The notes beneath the pieces are model-generated. The model saw only the letters and a program-made list of their open reading frames with translations, was not told the DNA's origin and did no database searches. DNA of 64,000 bases, from assembly GCA_036275535.1 (NCBI GenBank), contig DASUDP010000118.1:11612-75611 (forward strand). The letters run 5' to 3'. Of this stretch, positions 35,420-45,065 are shown piece after piece. This DNA is from Acidimicrobiales bacterium (GTDB lineage: Bacteria > Actinomycetota > Acidimicrobiia > Acidimicrobiales > VFJN01). The first letter of the stretch is position 1. Every line of letters begins with the position of its first letter. The position numbers and the translations under genes were made by a program.

Positions 35420-37248
35420 CGGTACATCTCCTCGATCTGCTGGCGGTACTCCGCCTCGACGGCTCGGCGCTTCACCTTCTGGGTGGCCGTCACCTCGCCA
35501 TCCTCCTCGTCGAGCTCCTTGGGCAGCAGGGCGTAGCGCTTGATCGTCTCGACCTGGGCCAGCTGCTCGTTGACCTCGTTGACCACGGTGCCGATCAGCG
35601 CCACGACCTCCTCCTTCGAGGCCAGGTCGGCGTAGGTGGTGAAGCCGATGCGGTGGTGCAGCGCCCAGTTGCTCACGGTGTCGAGCTCGATGCCGATCAG
35701 CGCCGTCAGGTAGGGCCGCTGGTCGCCGATGACCATCGCCTCTTTCACGAAGGGCGAGACCTTCAGCATGTTCTCGATCTCCGACGGGCTGACGTTCTTG
35801 CCTCCGGCCGTGATGATGATGTCCTTCTTGCGGTCGGTGATCGTGAGGAAGCCGTCCTCGTCCAGCTCGCCGACGTCGCCGGTGTGGAGCCAGCCCTCCG
35901 CGTCGATCGTCTCGGCCGTCGCCTGGGGGTCCTTGAAGTAGCCGAGGAAGGTGCCGGGGCCCCGCGTGAGGATCTCGCCGTCCGGGGCGATCTTCACCTC
36001 GGTGCCGGCCAGCGGCTTGCCCACCTTGCCCAGGCGGATGTCGTCGGGAGGCGTCACCGTGGCCTGGGCGGTGTTCTCGGTCTGGCCGTAGCCCTCCCGC
36101 ACGGGAACGCCGATCGTCCAGAAGAACTCCAGCACCTGCGGGGCGATCGGCGCCGCACCGGAGAGCACGCCCTTGATCCGGCTCATCCCCAGCTTCTCCC
36201 GCAGCGGCCGGTAGAGGAACAGCCACCCGAGCCCGTAGGTGAGCTTGTCGATCCCGCGCACCTTGCCGGTCGTCCAGCGCTTCCGGGCGACCTTGGCGCC
36301 GGTGCGCATCCAGAACCGGTAGTTGGCCCGCTTGAGGGCGCCGGCGTCCTCCATGCGGATGGTGATGGCCGCCATCATCTTCTCCCACACCCTCGGCACG
36401 CCCAGGAAGAAGGTGGGCTGCACCTCGCGCAGGTCCTGCGTGAACGTCTCGCCGCCCTCGCCGAAGTTCACGACGTAGCCGGTGGCGACGGCATCGATGC
36501 ACGACACCAGCCGTTCGGTGATGTGGCACAGCGGCAGGTAGCTGAGCACCTCGGCCCGGGGGTCGACCGCGAACACCTCCCCCGAAGCCTCCGCCGCCGC
36601 CTGCAGGTTGCGGTGGCTCAGCATGGCGCCCTTCGGCGGGCCGGTCGTGCCGCTCGTGTACACGATGATGGCGGCGTCCTCGGGCTGGGAGGCGGCGGCG
36701 CTGGCGGCCACGTCGAGGTCCGAGGAGCGGCCCATGGCCTCCAGCTCCTCGAGGCTCATGAGCAGGTCGTCGGCCATGTCGATCCCGCGGGTGTCGATGA
36801 CCACCACCTTGCGCAGGTGGGGGAGGTTGCCCCGCACCGCCATCACCTTGTCGACCTGCTCTTCGTCCTCGGCCAGGAGCACCTTGGCCTCGGAGTGGTT
36901 GAGCAGGTACTCGACCTCGGCGGACGGCGAGGTGGGGTAGATCCCCACGCAGATCGCCCGCAGGGCCTGGATGGCCATGTCGGCGAAGAGCCACTCGGGC
37001 CGGTTGTCGGAGTGCACGGCCACCCGGTCGCCGGGCTCGACGCCCAGCCCGTGGAGGCCCCGGGCGATGTCGACGAGCCGGCGCTCGTAGTCCTCCCAGG
37101 TGTGGGTGCGCCACCGGCCGAGGTGCTTCTCGCGCATGGCGGTCGTGGTGCCCATCTCACGGGCTCGCCGCATGACGATGGACGGCAGGGTCTCGAACCC
37201 GCTGCCTCCGGCGGCGGTCGGGGCCACTTCGTGGAGCACGGTGGTCAT
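35416..37248 (-). CDS. Long-chain-fatty-acid--CoA ligase / AMP-dependent synthetase
   Basis: AMP-binding motif 'IIVYTSGTTGPPKGAMLSHRN', 'GYGQTEN', 'WLHTGDVGELDEDGFLTITDRKKDIIITAGGKNVSP'. Embedded in the ABC operon with ATGA overlap at 37245-37248. Confidence 0.9.
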   Translation of the reverse strand: MTTVLHEVAPTAAGGSGFETLPSIVMRRAREMGTTTAMREKHLGRWRTHTWEDYERRLVDIARGLHGLGVEPGDRVAVHSDNRPEWLFADMAIQALRAICVGIYPTSPSAEVEYLLNHSEAKVLLAEDEEQVDKVMAVRGNLPHLRKVVVIDTRGIDMADDLLMSLEELEAMGRSSDLDVAASAAASQPEDAAIIVYTSGTTGPPKGAMLSHRNLQAAAEASGEVFAVDPRAEVLSYLPLCHITERLVSCIDAVATGYVVNFGEGGETFTQDLREVQPTFFLGVPRVWEKMMAAITIRMEDAGALKRANYRFWMRTGAKVARKRWTTGKVRGIDKLTYGLGWLFLYRPLREKLGMSRIKGVLSGAAPIAPQVLEFFWTIGVPVREGYGQTENTAQATVTPPDDIRLGKVGKPLAGTEVKIAPDGEILTRGPGTFLGYFKDPQATAETIDAEGWLHTGDVGELDEDGFLTITDRKKDIIITAGGKNVSPSEIENMLKVSPFVKEAMVIGDQRPYLTALIGIELDTVSNWALHHRIGFTTYADLASKEEVVALIGTVVNEVNEQLAQVETIKRYALLPKELDEEDGEVTATQKVKRRAVEAEYRQQIEEMYR

Positions 37249-38018
37249 GCCGCCCCTCCCAGGTACGCCTCGATGACCCTCGGGTCGCTCTGCACCTCGG
37301 CCGGGCTGCCGGTGGCGATCGGGGAGCCGAAGTCCAGCGCCATCACCCGGTCGGCGAGGTCCATCACCATGTGCATGTCGTGCTCCACGAGGATCATCGA
37401 CGTGCCGAGGCGCTCGCGGATGTCGATGATGAACCGGGCCATGTCCTCGGTCTCCTCGAGGTTCATGCCCGCCACCGGCTCGTCGAGGAGGAGCAGCTTG
37501 GGCTCCATGCAGAGCGCCCGGCCGAGCTCGATGCGCTTCTGCACGCCGTAGGGCAGCATCCCGACGGGGCTGTGCCGGTGGGAGCTCAGCTCGAGCAGGT
37601 CGACCACCTGCTCCACGGCGTGGCGATGGGCCTTCTCTTCGCGCTTCGTGCGACCGACCCACAGCGCCCCGCTGAGGAAGCCGGAGCGCATCAGGTGGTG
37701 ACGGCCGAGCAGCAGGTTGTCGATCACGTCGAGGTGCACGAACAGGCCGAGGTTCTGAAAGGTCCGACCGACGCCGAGGCCGGCGATCTTCGACGGGCGC
37801 TGACCGAGCAGGTCGGCGCCATCGAGGCGGATGCTCCCCTCCTGGGGGTGGTACACGCCGGACAGGCAGTTGAAGATCGACGTCTTGCCGGCCCCGTTCG
37901 GGCCGATGACGGCGAAGAGCTCCTCGTGCCGGACGTCGAAGTCCACCCGGCTGAGGGCGGTCACGCCGCCGAAGCGCAGGGTGAGGTCGCGCACCTCGAG
38001 CAGGTTGGTGCCGGCCAT
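37245..38018 (-). CDS. Branched-chain-type ABC transporter ATP-binding protein (LivG-like)
   Basis: 'GPNGAGKTSIFNCLSG', 'LPYGVQKRIELGRAL', 'LLLDEPVAGMN', C-terminal 'VIEAYLG'. Confidence 0.9.
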   Translation of the reverse strand: MAGTNLLEVRDLTLRFGGVTALSRVDFDVRHEELFAVIGPNGAGKTSIFNCLSGVYHPQEGSIRLDGADLLGQRPSKIAGLGVGRTFQNLGLFVHLDVIDNLLLGRHHLMRSGFLSGALWVGRTKREEKAHRHAVEQVVDLLELSSHRHSPVGMLPYGVQKRIELGRALCMEPKLLLLDEPVAGMNLEETEDMARFIIDIRERLGTSMILVEHDMHMVMDLADRVMALDFGSPIATGSPAEVQSDPRVIEAYLGGAA

Positions 38019-38824
38019 CAGGACCCCCACGTCTTCTTGCGGCGGTACGTCTTCACGTCCCGGAAGGAGCGGCGGCCCACGTCCCCCATGCCCAGGTAGA
38101 ACTCGCGGATGTCCTTGTCCTCGAGGAGGGCGGGACCGGGGCCGTCCTTCACGATGCGGCCGTGCTCGAGCACGTACCCGTGGTGGGCGATCGAGAGCGC
38201 CATGGTGGCGTTCTGCTCCACGAGCAGGACGCTCGTGCCCTCCTCGTTGACGTGCACGACGATGTCCCGGATCTGCTCGACGATCAGCGGGGCCAGCCCG
38301 AGGGAGGGCTCGTCGAGGAGCAGGATCTCGGGCTCGGCCATGAGGGCCCGGCCGATGGCGACCATCTGCTGCTCCCCGCCGGAGAGGTACCCGGCGGTGT
38401 CCCTGCGGCGCTTCTGCAGGACGGGGAAGAGCTCCATGGCCCGGTCGTAGGACTGCTGGATGGCCGCCTTGTCGCGCCGGGTGTAGGCCCCGGTGCGCAG
38501 GTTCTCGTCGACGGTCAGCTCCGGGAAGATCCGGCGGCCCTCCATCACCTGGGCCACGCCGGAGCGCACGATCGAGGCGGCGTCGGCCTTGGTGGTGTCC
38601 TTGCCGTCGATGCTCACCGACCCCTTGGTGATCCGGCCCCGGTGCAGCTCGAGGAGGCCGGTGATGGCCCGCAGGAGGGTCGTCTTGCCGGCCCCGTTGG
38701 CCCCGAGGAGGGTCACGATCCGGCCCCTCGGCACGGTGAGGCTCACCCCTCGCAGCACGAGGATGACCTCGTTGTAGACGACCTCGAGGTTGGCCACCGA
38801 CAGCGCCGGAGCGGCCCCCGTCAA
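38018..38824 (-). CDS. Branched-chain-type ABC transporter ATP-binding protein (LivF-like)
   Basis: 'GANGAGKTTLLRAITG', 'LSGGEQQMVAIGRAL', 'LLLDEPSLGLAP', 'VLLVEQN'. Start is uncertain: TTG at 38824, or GTG at about 38797. Confidence 0.88.
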   Translation of the reverse strand: MTGAAPALSVANLEVVYNEVILVLRGVSLTVPRGRIVTLLGANGAGKTTLLRAITGLLELHRGRITKGSVSIDGKDTTKADAASIVRSGVAQVMEGRRIFPELTVDENLRTGAYTRRDKAAIQQSYDRAMELFPVLQKRRRDTAGYLSGGEQQMVAIGRALMAEPEILLLDEPSLGLAPLIVEQIRDIVVHVNEEGTSVLLVEQNATMALSIAHHGYVLEHGRIVKDGPGPALLEDKDIREFYLGMGDVGRRSFRDVKTYRRKKTWGS

Positions 38825-38985
38825 GCGATGGGCGTCCGGATCGGTGCGGGCCGGCTCGTTCGTGATCAGCGGCTCTCCCCTTGGTGTGCGGCCTGCGGCG
38901 GGCGCAGGTCATCTTGGCCCATCCGGACGCCCTGTGCGCTCGACGGTCCCCTGTGGTCCCGACCTTGTACCCGTCGGGGCCTCGT

Positions 38986-39630
38986 TCAGTCGCGGAGGGT
39001 CGGATCCTCGGCCAGGGCCGCCACCGCCTCGTCCGCCACGCGCCCGGTCTCCCCCCGGAGCCAGTGCCGGCGGCACAGCAGCTCGTAGACGACGTCGGCA
39101 TCGCCGCCGGTGTCGCCGACGACGACGACCTCGCCGTCGTAGACCTGCGCGCCGTTCACCACGCGGGCGTTCTGGGTGGCCCGGGCCCCGCACCAGCAGC
39201 GGGCCTCGACCTGCAGCTCCTGGCGCTCGTCGGCCAGCTCGAGGAACCGGGCCGAGCCGGCGAAGAGCCTCCCTCGGAAGTCGGTGAGGAGGCCGAGCGC
39301 GTGCACGTCGGCCCCCAGCTCGTCGACCACCCGAGCCAGCTGCTCGACCTGCTCAGGTGTGTAGAACTGGGCCTCGTCGCAGACCATGAAGTCGATCCCG
39401 CCGTGCTGCCCGCGGAACTGGTTGGCCAGGGCGTAGAGGTCGAGCTTGGGGCCGACGTCGACAGCGGCGGCCGACACGCCGAGCCGGGACGACACCCGGG
39501 CCCCGTCGCGGTCGAGCTGGGTGCAGAGCAGGCCGAGCAGCCCGCGGCGCGACAGGTTGTGGTGGATCTGCAGGGCGAGCGTGCTCTTGCCCGATCCCAT
39601 GGTCCCGAACGAGAAGCGCAGCACGGCCAT
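38986..39630 (-). CDS. tdk: Thymidine kinase
   Basis: P-loop 'GTMGSGKST', 'VCDEAQF', and a Zn-ribbon-like 'CWCG...' with 'LCRRHW'. Confidence 0.9.
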   Translation of the reverse strand: MAVLRFSFGTMGSGKSTLALQIHHNLSRRGLLGLLCTQLDRDGARVSSRLGVSAAAVDVGPKLDLYALANQFRGQHGGIDFMVCDEAQFYTPEQVEQLARVVDELGADVHALGLLTDFRGRLFAGSARFLELADERQELQVEARCWCGARATQNARVVNGAQVYDGEVVVVGDTGGDADVVYELLCRRHWLRGETGRVADEAVAALAEDPTLRD

Positions 39631-39832
39631 CCCTCGAAACTACACCGGTGTCACCCCGGCCGCCGATGGTGGGGACGGACGGCGGAGCGGGTAGGGTCAT
39701 CGGGCGTCAGCAGCCGCTGGCGGGCCGTGTCGAGCTGTGGCTTGAGACAGCCACCTCCACGAGCAGCCATCCCGCTGCCGCCGCGCACCGCTGATCGCAC
39801 GTGCGCCTCGCACCGAAAGACCCCCCCTTCGC

Positions 39833-41356
39833 ATGTCCACGTCCTTCGCCGCCCTCGGCGTCCCTGCCCCCCTGTGCGCCCGCCTCGACGAGCTCGGCCT
39901 CACCTCGCCGTTCCCCGTGCAGGCCGCCACGCTCCCTGATGCCCTCGCCGGCCGCGACGTCTGCGGCAAGGCGCCCACCGGCTCCGGCAAGACCATCGCC
40001 TTCGGGCTCCCCCTGCTCGCCCGCATCGAGAAGGCGACGCCGCGCCGCCCCAAGGGGCTGGTGCTCGTGCCCACCCGCGAGCTGGCCTCCCAGGTGGCCG
40101 ACCAGCTCGAAGCCCTCTGCTGGGGCACCAAGACCGACGTGCTGGCCGTCTACGGCGGCGCCGGCATGGAACGCCAGATGAAGCGGCTGGCCCGTGGCGT
40201 CGAAATCGTGGTGGCCACCCCCGGCCGCCTCAAGGACCTGCTCGACCGCGGCTCGTTGCGCCTCGACGACGTCAACATCGTCGTCATCGACGAGGCCGAC
40301 CGCATGGCCGACATGGGCTTCCTGCCCGAGGTCCGCCGCCTGCTCGACAAGACGAGCGCCAGGCGCCAGACGCTGCTCTTCTCGGCCACGCTCGACGGCG
40401 ACGTCGACGTCCTCATCAAGCACTACCAGAGCAACCCCGCCCACCACGAGGCCGTCTCGCTCGAGGAGCAGGGCGAGGTGACCCATCGGTTCTGGGGCGT
40501 CTCGCAGGCCGATCGCATCCAGGTGGCCACCGCCATCGTGGAGCGCTCGTGGCCAGCCATCGTCTTCAGCCGCACGCGGCACGGCGCCGAGCGGCTGTCC
40601 AAGCAGCTGAACAAGGCCGGTGTCCGGGCGGAGGCCATCCACGGGGACCGCAGCCAGAGCCAGCGCGAGCGGGCCCTCGGCGCCTTCAGCCGGGGCGACG
40701 TCCACGTGCTGGTCGCCACCGACGTCGCCGCCCGCGGCATCCACGTCGACGGCGTGGCCTGCGTCCTCCAGTTCGACCCGCCCACCACGGACAAGGACTA
40801 CGTCCACCGCTCCGGCCGGACCGGGCGGGCCGGCGAGCCAGGCACCGTCATCACGCTGGTGACGCCCGAGAAGGAGAAGGACGTGCGGAAGCTGCAGCGT
40901 GAGCTGCGGCGCCGCGAGCCCATCGAGTCGGCGTCCGTGGCCACCGCGGCCACGATCCTGGCGTCTGCCCCGCCCAAGCCGGTCGATCGCGGCGACGGGC
41001 TCGACGGGGTGTCCCGCCGCGAGCGGGCCCGCGCCGAGGACCGCCCCCGCCCCGAGGCCTCCCGCAAGCCGCACCGCAAGGGCGGCCCGTCGTCCTCGCG
41101 GCGATTCGAGAGCAAGACCGGCGACGGCCGGCCCACCGACGGCAACGGCAACGAGTGGACCCCCCGCTCGGGCAAGCCGTCAGCCAAGCCCACCCCGAAG
41201 TCGCGCAGCGGCCAGCCCGCTGCCAACGGTCAGGATCGAGCCGGTGCCCCGGCCCGATCCGGTCGCCCCGGCGCCAAGCCCGGCCGACGACCCGCTGGTG
41301 CTGGAGCCGCCCGCAAGGGCCGCCCCGCCGGCGGCAACGCACGCCGAGCCCGATAG
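39833..41356 (+). CDS. DEAD-box ATP-dependent RNA helicase with Arg/Gly/Pro-rich C-terminal tail
   Basis: Q-motif 'FPVQAAT', 'APTGSGKT', 'PTRELA', 'DEAD', 'SAT', 'HGDRSQSQR', 'YVHRSGRTGRAG'. The basic low-complexity tail is about 130 aa. Confidence 0.92.
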   Translation: MSTSFAALGVPAPLCARLDELGLTSPFPVQAATLPDALAGRDVCGKAPTGSGKTIAFGLPLLARIEKATPRRPKGLVLVPTRELASQVADQLEALCWGTKTDVLAVYGGAGMERQMKRLARGVEIVVATPGRLKDLLDRGSLRLDDVNIVVIDEADRMADMGFLPEVRRLLDKTSARRQTLLFSATLDGDVDVLIKHYQSNPAHHEAVSLEEQGEVTHRFWGVSQADRIQVATAIVERSWPAIVFSRTRHGAERLSKQLNKAGVRAEAIHGDRSQSQRERALGAFSRGDVHVLVATDVAARGIHVDGVACVLQFDPPTTDKDYVHRSGRTGRAGEPGTVITLVTPEKEKDVRKLQRELRRREPIESASVATAATILASAPPKPVDRGDGLDGVSRRERARAEDRPRPEASRKPHRKGGPSSSRRFESKTGDGRPTDGNGNEWTPRSGKPSAKPTPKSRSGQPAANGQDRAGAPARSGRPGAKPGRRPAGAGAARKGRPAGGNARRAR

Positions 41357-41382
41357 CCAGGGCCACCACATCACGAGCTTGT

Positions 41383-41410
41383 GTTGCGCCGCGGCCCCGC
41401 GCGGCGCAAC
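41383..41410. terminator. Bidirectional stem-loop between the convergent helicase and ligase genes
   Basis: gttgcgccgcg / cgcggcgcaac, an 11-bp perfect stem with a 6-nt loop. Confidence 0.55.
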
Positions 41411-41429
41411 GCAGGTTCCGGTGTGATCG

Positions 41430-42947
41430 CTACGAGGCCCCGGCGCGGAGGGCCTGCACCGCGGTGATCAGGTCCGCCTCGTGCGGCTCCTTGTCGGGGC
41501 GGTACCCCTTCACGCGAGCGAACCGCAGCGCCACCCCACCGGGGTAGCGGGTGCTGGCCTGCACGCCGTCGAGCGCGACCTCCACCACCAGCTCGGGACG
41601 CACGTGCACCACGATCCCCTCGCGGCCGGTCTCGCGCTCGAGGAGCGCCTCCGTCTGCCACGCCAGCAGCGCGTCGGTCAGGCCCTTGAACGTCTTGCCC
41701 ACCATCACGCAGCCCCCGTCGGGGTGGCGGGCCCCGAGCCACAGGTTCGACAGCCAGCCCTGGCGGCGGCCGTGGCCCCACTCGGCGGCGAGGACGACGA
41801 GGTCGAGCGTCCGGACCGGCTTCACCTTGCGCCAGGAGCCACCCCGCCGACCCGCCTCGTAGGTGGAGTCGACGGCCTTCACCATGACGCCCTCGTGGCC
41901 CTCGGCCAGGGCGACATCGAGCGCCGCCTGGGCTGCCGCCGCGTCGGCCGTGAGCACCCGGGGCACGGCGAGCGAGCCGGCGACGGCGTCGAGGTGGGCG
42001 TGGCGCACCGACAGCGGCTCGTCGATGAGGTCGACGCCGTCACGGTGGAGCACGTCGAAGAAGCGCACCAGCAGGCCGTCCCCGGCCCCGAGGGCATCGT
42101 CCCGCCCGAACGCGCTCATCGTGTCCTGGAAGGCCCTGGGCTTGGCGTCCGCGTCGACGCCGAGCACCTCGCCGTCGAGCACCACCTGCCCGGCGGGCAT
42201 GGCCCGGACCACCTCGACGACGCCGGGCAGCCGATGCGTCACGTCGTTGAGGTTGCGGGTGTAGATCCGCACGTCGCTCCCCTGCCGGTGCACCTGGACG
42301 CGGGCGCCGTCGAGCTTCCACTCCACCGATGCCTCGCCGGTCTTCGCCAGCGCGTCGGCCACGTCGGCGGCGGTGGCGGCCAGCATCGGTTCGACGGGGT
42401 GGAGCACGGTGAGCCGCACCGCCTCCAGCGCGTCGACGCCAGCATGGAGGGCCAGCTCGGCGGTCGTGCCCAGGTCGCCGGAGAGCATGGCGGCCCGGCG
42501 CACGACCGGCAGCGGCGCACCAGAGGCCCGGGCGATGGCGTCGGTCACGATCCCGGCCAGCGCACCCTGGCGCAGCTCGCCGACAAGCAGCCGGCGGATC
42601 AGGTCGGCCTCGCCGTCCGTGGCGCGACCGAAGAGGTCGGCGAGAATGGCCTGGCGGGCCGCGGCCGACCCGGGGCCCGTCGTGGCGGCCAGGGCCGTGA
42701 GGGCGGCATCGAGGTCGAGCACCGCCAACGAAGGGTGGTCGGCCGGGCCGGCCTCGACGGCGGTGACGGTCCGCCAGCCGACGCCGATCCGGCCCTGCCG
42801 GGGCTGCCCCACCAGGAACCCGACGGTGGCCGCCACCTCGTCGGGGGCGAGCTGTCGGAGCAGCGCCACGAGCGCCTCCACCTTGGCCGTGCGCGAGCGC
42901 GTGGCGCCCACGGCGGCAGACGTGGAGACGAGATCGGCCAGCAGCAC
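41430..42947 (-). CDS. ligB: ATP-dependent DNA ligase (LigB/Lig I-like, with N-terminal DNA-binding domain)
   Basis: Adenylation motif I 'EWKLDGAR', 'RIYTRNLNDVT', 'LDGEVLG', 'EGVMVK', 'WRKVKP', and a C-terminal OB-fold region. The size (505 aa) fits the three-domain LigB type. Confidence 0.88.
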   Translation of the reverse strand: MLLADLVSTSAAVGATRSRTAKVEALVALLRQLAPDEVAATVGFLVGQPRQGRIGVGWRTVTAVEAGPADHPSLAVLDLDAALTALAATTGPGSAAARQAILADLFGRATDGEADLIRRLLVGELRQGALAGIVTDAIARASGAPLPVVRRAAMLSGDLGTTAELALHAGVDALEAVRLTVLHPVEPMLAATAADVADALAKTGEASVEWKLDGARVQVHRQGSDVRIYTRNLNDVTHRLPGVVEVVRAMPAGQVVLDGEVLGVDADAKPRAFQDTMSAFGRDDALGAGDGLLVRFFDVLHRDGVDLIDEPLSVRHAHLDAVAGSLAVPRVLTADAAAAQAALDVALAEGHEGVMVKAVDSTYEAGRRGGSWRKVKPVRTLDLVVLAAEWGHGRRQGWLSNLWLGARHPDGGCVMVGKTFKGLTDALLAWQTEALLERETGREGIVVHVRPELVVEVALDGVQASTRYPGGVALRFARVKGYRPDKEPHEADLITAVQALRAGAS

Positions 42948-42988
42948 GGTCCCATCGTGCCCGGTGGCGGCCGCCGGGCGGCGGCTGG

Positions 42989-43174
42989 TCAGTAGCCGGA
43001 GATGGCGTTGGGGGCGGCGGCGTCGTCGCCGTCCCCGTCGGGATCGATGAACGTGGGCTCTGGGGTCGAGTCCGGCAGGATGCCGTCTTCCTCAGCCTGG
43101 CGGCGGGTGGCCTCGATGTCGTCGCCCAGCTCGTCCAGGCCCTCCTGCATCTCGTCGGGATCGGGTGTGGTCAT
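42989..43174 (-). CDS. Small acidic hypothetical protein (61 aa)
   Basis: 'MTTPDPDEMQEGLDELGDDIEATRRQAEEDGILPDSTPEPTFIDPDGDGDD...'. GC3-biased frame in the gap between the hemolysin-III gene and the ligase gene. No family recognised. Confidence 0.4.
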   Translation of the reverse strand: MTTPDPDEMQEGLDELGDDIEATRRQAEEDGILPDSTPEPTFIDPDGDGDDAAAPNAISGY

Positions 43175-43232
43175 GGCCGGTGGCTACCCCATCGCCCGGG
43201 TCGCCAACCGGTGACCGGAGGGGTTGGCGCGC

Positions 43233-43901
43233 CTAGGCCGGTGGCGGGCCGGCCACGACGGACGAGATGGCCACGAAGTGGCACACCACGGCAGCCACGA
43301 CGAGCACGTGCCACACCTCGTGGTAGCCGAACACCCGCGGGAACGGGTCGGGCCAGCGGGTGGCCAGGAAGATCGCTCCGATGGTGAACAGGAGGCCACC
43401 GGCCGCGATGAGCCCGAGCTCGGCGACGCTCAGGGTGTCCACCAGCTGCGGTGCGGCCAGCACCGACGCCCAACCGAGGACGATGTACAGCGCGCCGCGG
43501 GCCACACCGCTGGCCCGGCCCCCCAGGAACGACAGGACGAAGCCCGCCGCGGCCCCCGCCCAGACGACCGCCAGCAGGCCCCACGCCACCCACCCCCGCA
43601 GGGCCAGGAGGCACAGCGGGGTGTAGCTGCCGGCGATCATCACGAAGATCGTGCCGTGGTCGAGGCGCTGCATCAGCCGCCGCTTGGCGTCCGACCACCG
43701 GCCCCGGTGGTAGGAGCCGCTGACCCCGAAGAGCGCCACGAGGCCCACGGCGTAGACGAGCGCGCCGACCCGCCCTCGGGGCGAATCGGCGATGCCGACC
43801 ACCATCGCCGCCGCCGGCAGGGCCAGGAAGAAGCACACGAGGTGGAGCCACCCCCGCAGGAGGGGCTTCGCCAGCGTCGGCGCCGGGGCGGAGGTGGACA
43901 T
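43233..43901 (-). CDS. Hemolysin III / PAQR-family membrane protein
   Basis: 'LLRGWLHLVCFF', 'SGSYHR', 'RLDHGTIFVMIAGSYTP', 'GYHEVWHVLVVAA' are the characteristic His-containing motifs of the 7-TM Hly-III family. ATG 43901 lies inside the long ORF. Confidence 0.85.
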   Translation of the reverse strand: MSTSAPAPTLAKPLLRGWLHLVCFFLALPAAAMVVGIADSPRGRVGALVYAVGLVALFGVSGSYHRGRWSDAKRRLMQRLDHGTIFVMIAGSYTPLCLLALRGWVAWGLLAVVWAGAAAGFVLSFLGGRASGVARGALYIVLGWASVLAAPQLVDTLSVAELGLIAAGGLLFTIGAIFLATRWPDPFPRVFGYHEVWHVLVVAAVVCHFVAISSVVAGPPPA

Positions 43902-43967
43902 CACCGACGAGGGTAGGGGGTCGGGAAGTCGCTGCGCCCGCGGCGGGGGCGAGGGCATGATGCTCCG

Positions 43968-44744
43968 ATGCCGTCGATGCCCCGCTCCGAGCTGGCGGCG
44001 GGGAGCCGAGCGGTGGCGCCGATGCTCGTCGGCGTGATCCCCTTCGCCCTGGTCGCGGGGGCCACCCCGGCCACCACCGGCCTCGGCGGGGGCGCCGCCG
44101 TGGGCCTCTCGACCATCGTGTTCGCCGGGGCCTCCCAGCTGGCGGCGGCCGACGTCCTGGCCGACGGGGGCTCGGCGCTGGTGGCCGTGGTGGCGGCCTG
44201 CACGATCAACCTGCGGATGCTGCTCTACTCCGCCTCCCTGGCGCCGCACCTCACCCACGTGAGCCGGCGCCGCCGGCTGCTCATGGCCTACCTGCTGACC
44301 GACCAGGCCTATGCCGTCTCGATCACCCGCTGGGCCGGCGAGGCGGTCCGGGCGGGCGAGGGTGGCCCCGCGGCCGACCCGGAGCGACGGCTGCCGTACT
44401 ACCTCGGTGCCGGGGCCACGCTCTGGGCCAGCTGGCAGGTCTTCACCGTCGTCGGCATCGTCGTGGGCAACGCCGTCCCCGACTCGCTGCCGCTCGACTT
44501 CGCCGTGCCGCTCGTCTTCCTCGTGCTGCTGGTGCCCGCCATCACCTCCCGCCCCGCGGCGGTGGCGGCGCTGCTCGGGGGCGGGGTGGCGGTTCTGTCG
44601 GCCGAGGCCGGCGCGGGCCACCTCTCGGTGCTCTTCGGTGCCGTCGCCGGGATCGCCGCCGGCGCCCTGGCCGAGGCGATGGGCGAGCACCGCGGGCCAC
44701 GCGACGACACGCCGCTGCGCCCCGACCCCGGGCCGGCCCCGTGA
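43968..44744 (+). CDS. azlC: AzlC-family branched-chain amino acid exporter subunit
   Basis: 'GVIPFALVAGATPATTGL', 'STIVFAGASQLAA', 'TINLRMLLYSASLAPHL', 'YLLTDQAYAVS'. Overlaps azlD by 4 nt. Confidence 0.85.
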   Translation: MPSMPRSELAAGSRAVAPMLVGVIPFALVAGATPATTGLGGGAAVGLSTIVFAGASQLAAADVLADGGSALVAVVAACTINLRMLLYSASLAPHLTHVSRRRRLLMAYLLTDQAYAVSITRWAGEAVRAGEGGPAADPERRLPYYLGAGATLWASWQVFTVVGIVVGNAVPDSLPLDFAVPLVFLVLLVPAITSRPAAVAALLGGGVAVLSAEAGAGHLSVLFGAVAGIAAGALAEAMGEHRGPRDDTPLRPDPGPAP

Positions 44745-45052
44745 GCCGCGTGTGGGTGGCCATCGTCCTGGCCGGGATCGGCACCTTCGCCATGCGGGCG
44801 TCGTTCCTCGTCGTGGCCGACCGCCTCGCCGACGTGCCCCCTGGGGTCCAGCGGCTGCTGCGTCAGATCCCGCCCGCCGCCCTCGCCTCGATCGTGGCCC
44901 CGGCCCTGCTGCGCCCCGAGGGCAGCCTCGACCTCACCCAGCCTCGTCTGGTGGCCGGCGTCGCCGCCGCGCTGGTGGCGTGGCGGACGCGCAACGTCGC
45001 CATGACCCTCGTGGCCGGGATGGCCGTCCTGATGCTCGTCGACGCCCTCTGA
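44741..45052 (+). CDS. azlD: AzlD-family branched-chain amino acid exporter small subunit
   Basis: 103 aa. 'VWVAIVLAGIGTFAMRASFLV...' with 3-4 TM segments, coupled to azlC. Confidence 0.8.
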   Translation: MSRVWVAIVLAGIGTFAMRASFLVVADRLADVPPGVQRLLRQIPPAALASIVAPALLRPEGSLDLTQPRLVAGVAAALVAWRTRNVAMTLVAGMAVLMLVDAL

Positions 45053-45065
45053 TGGCGCCGCGAGG

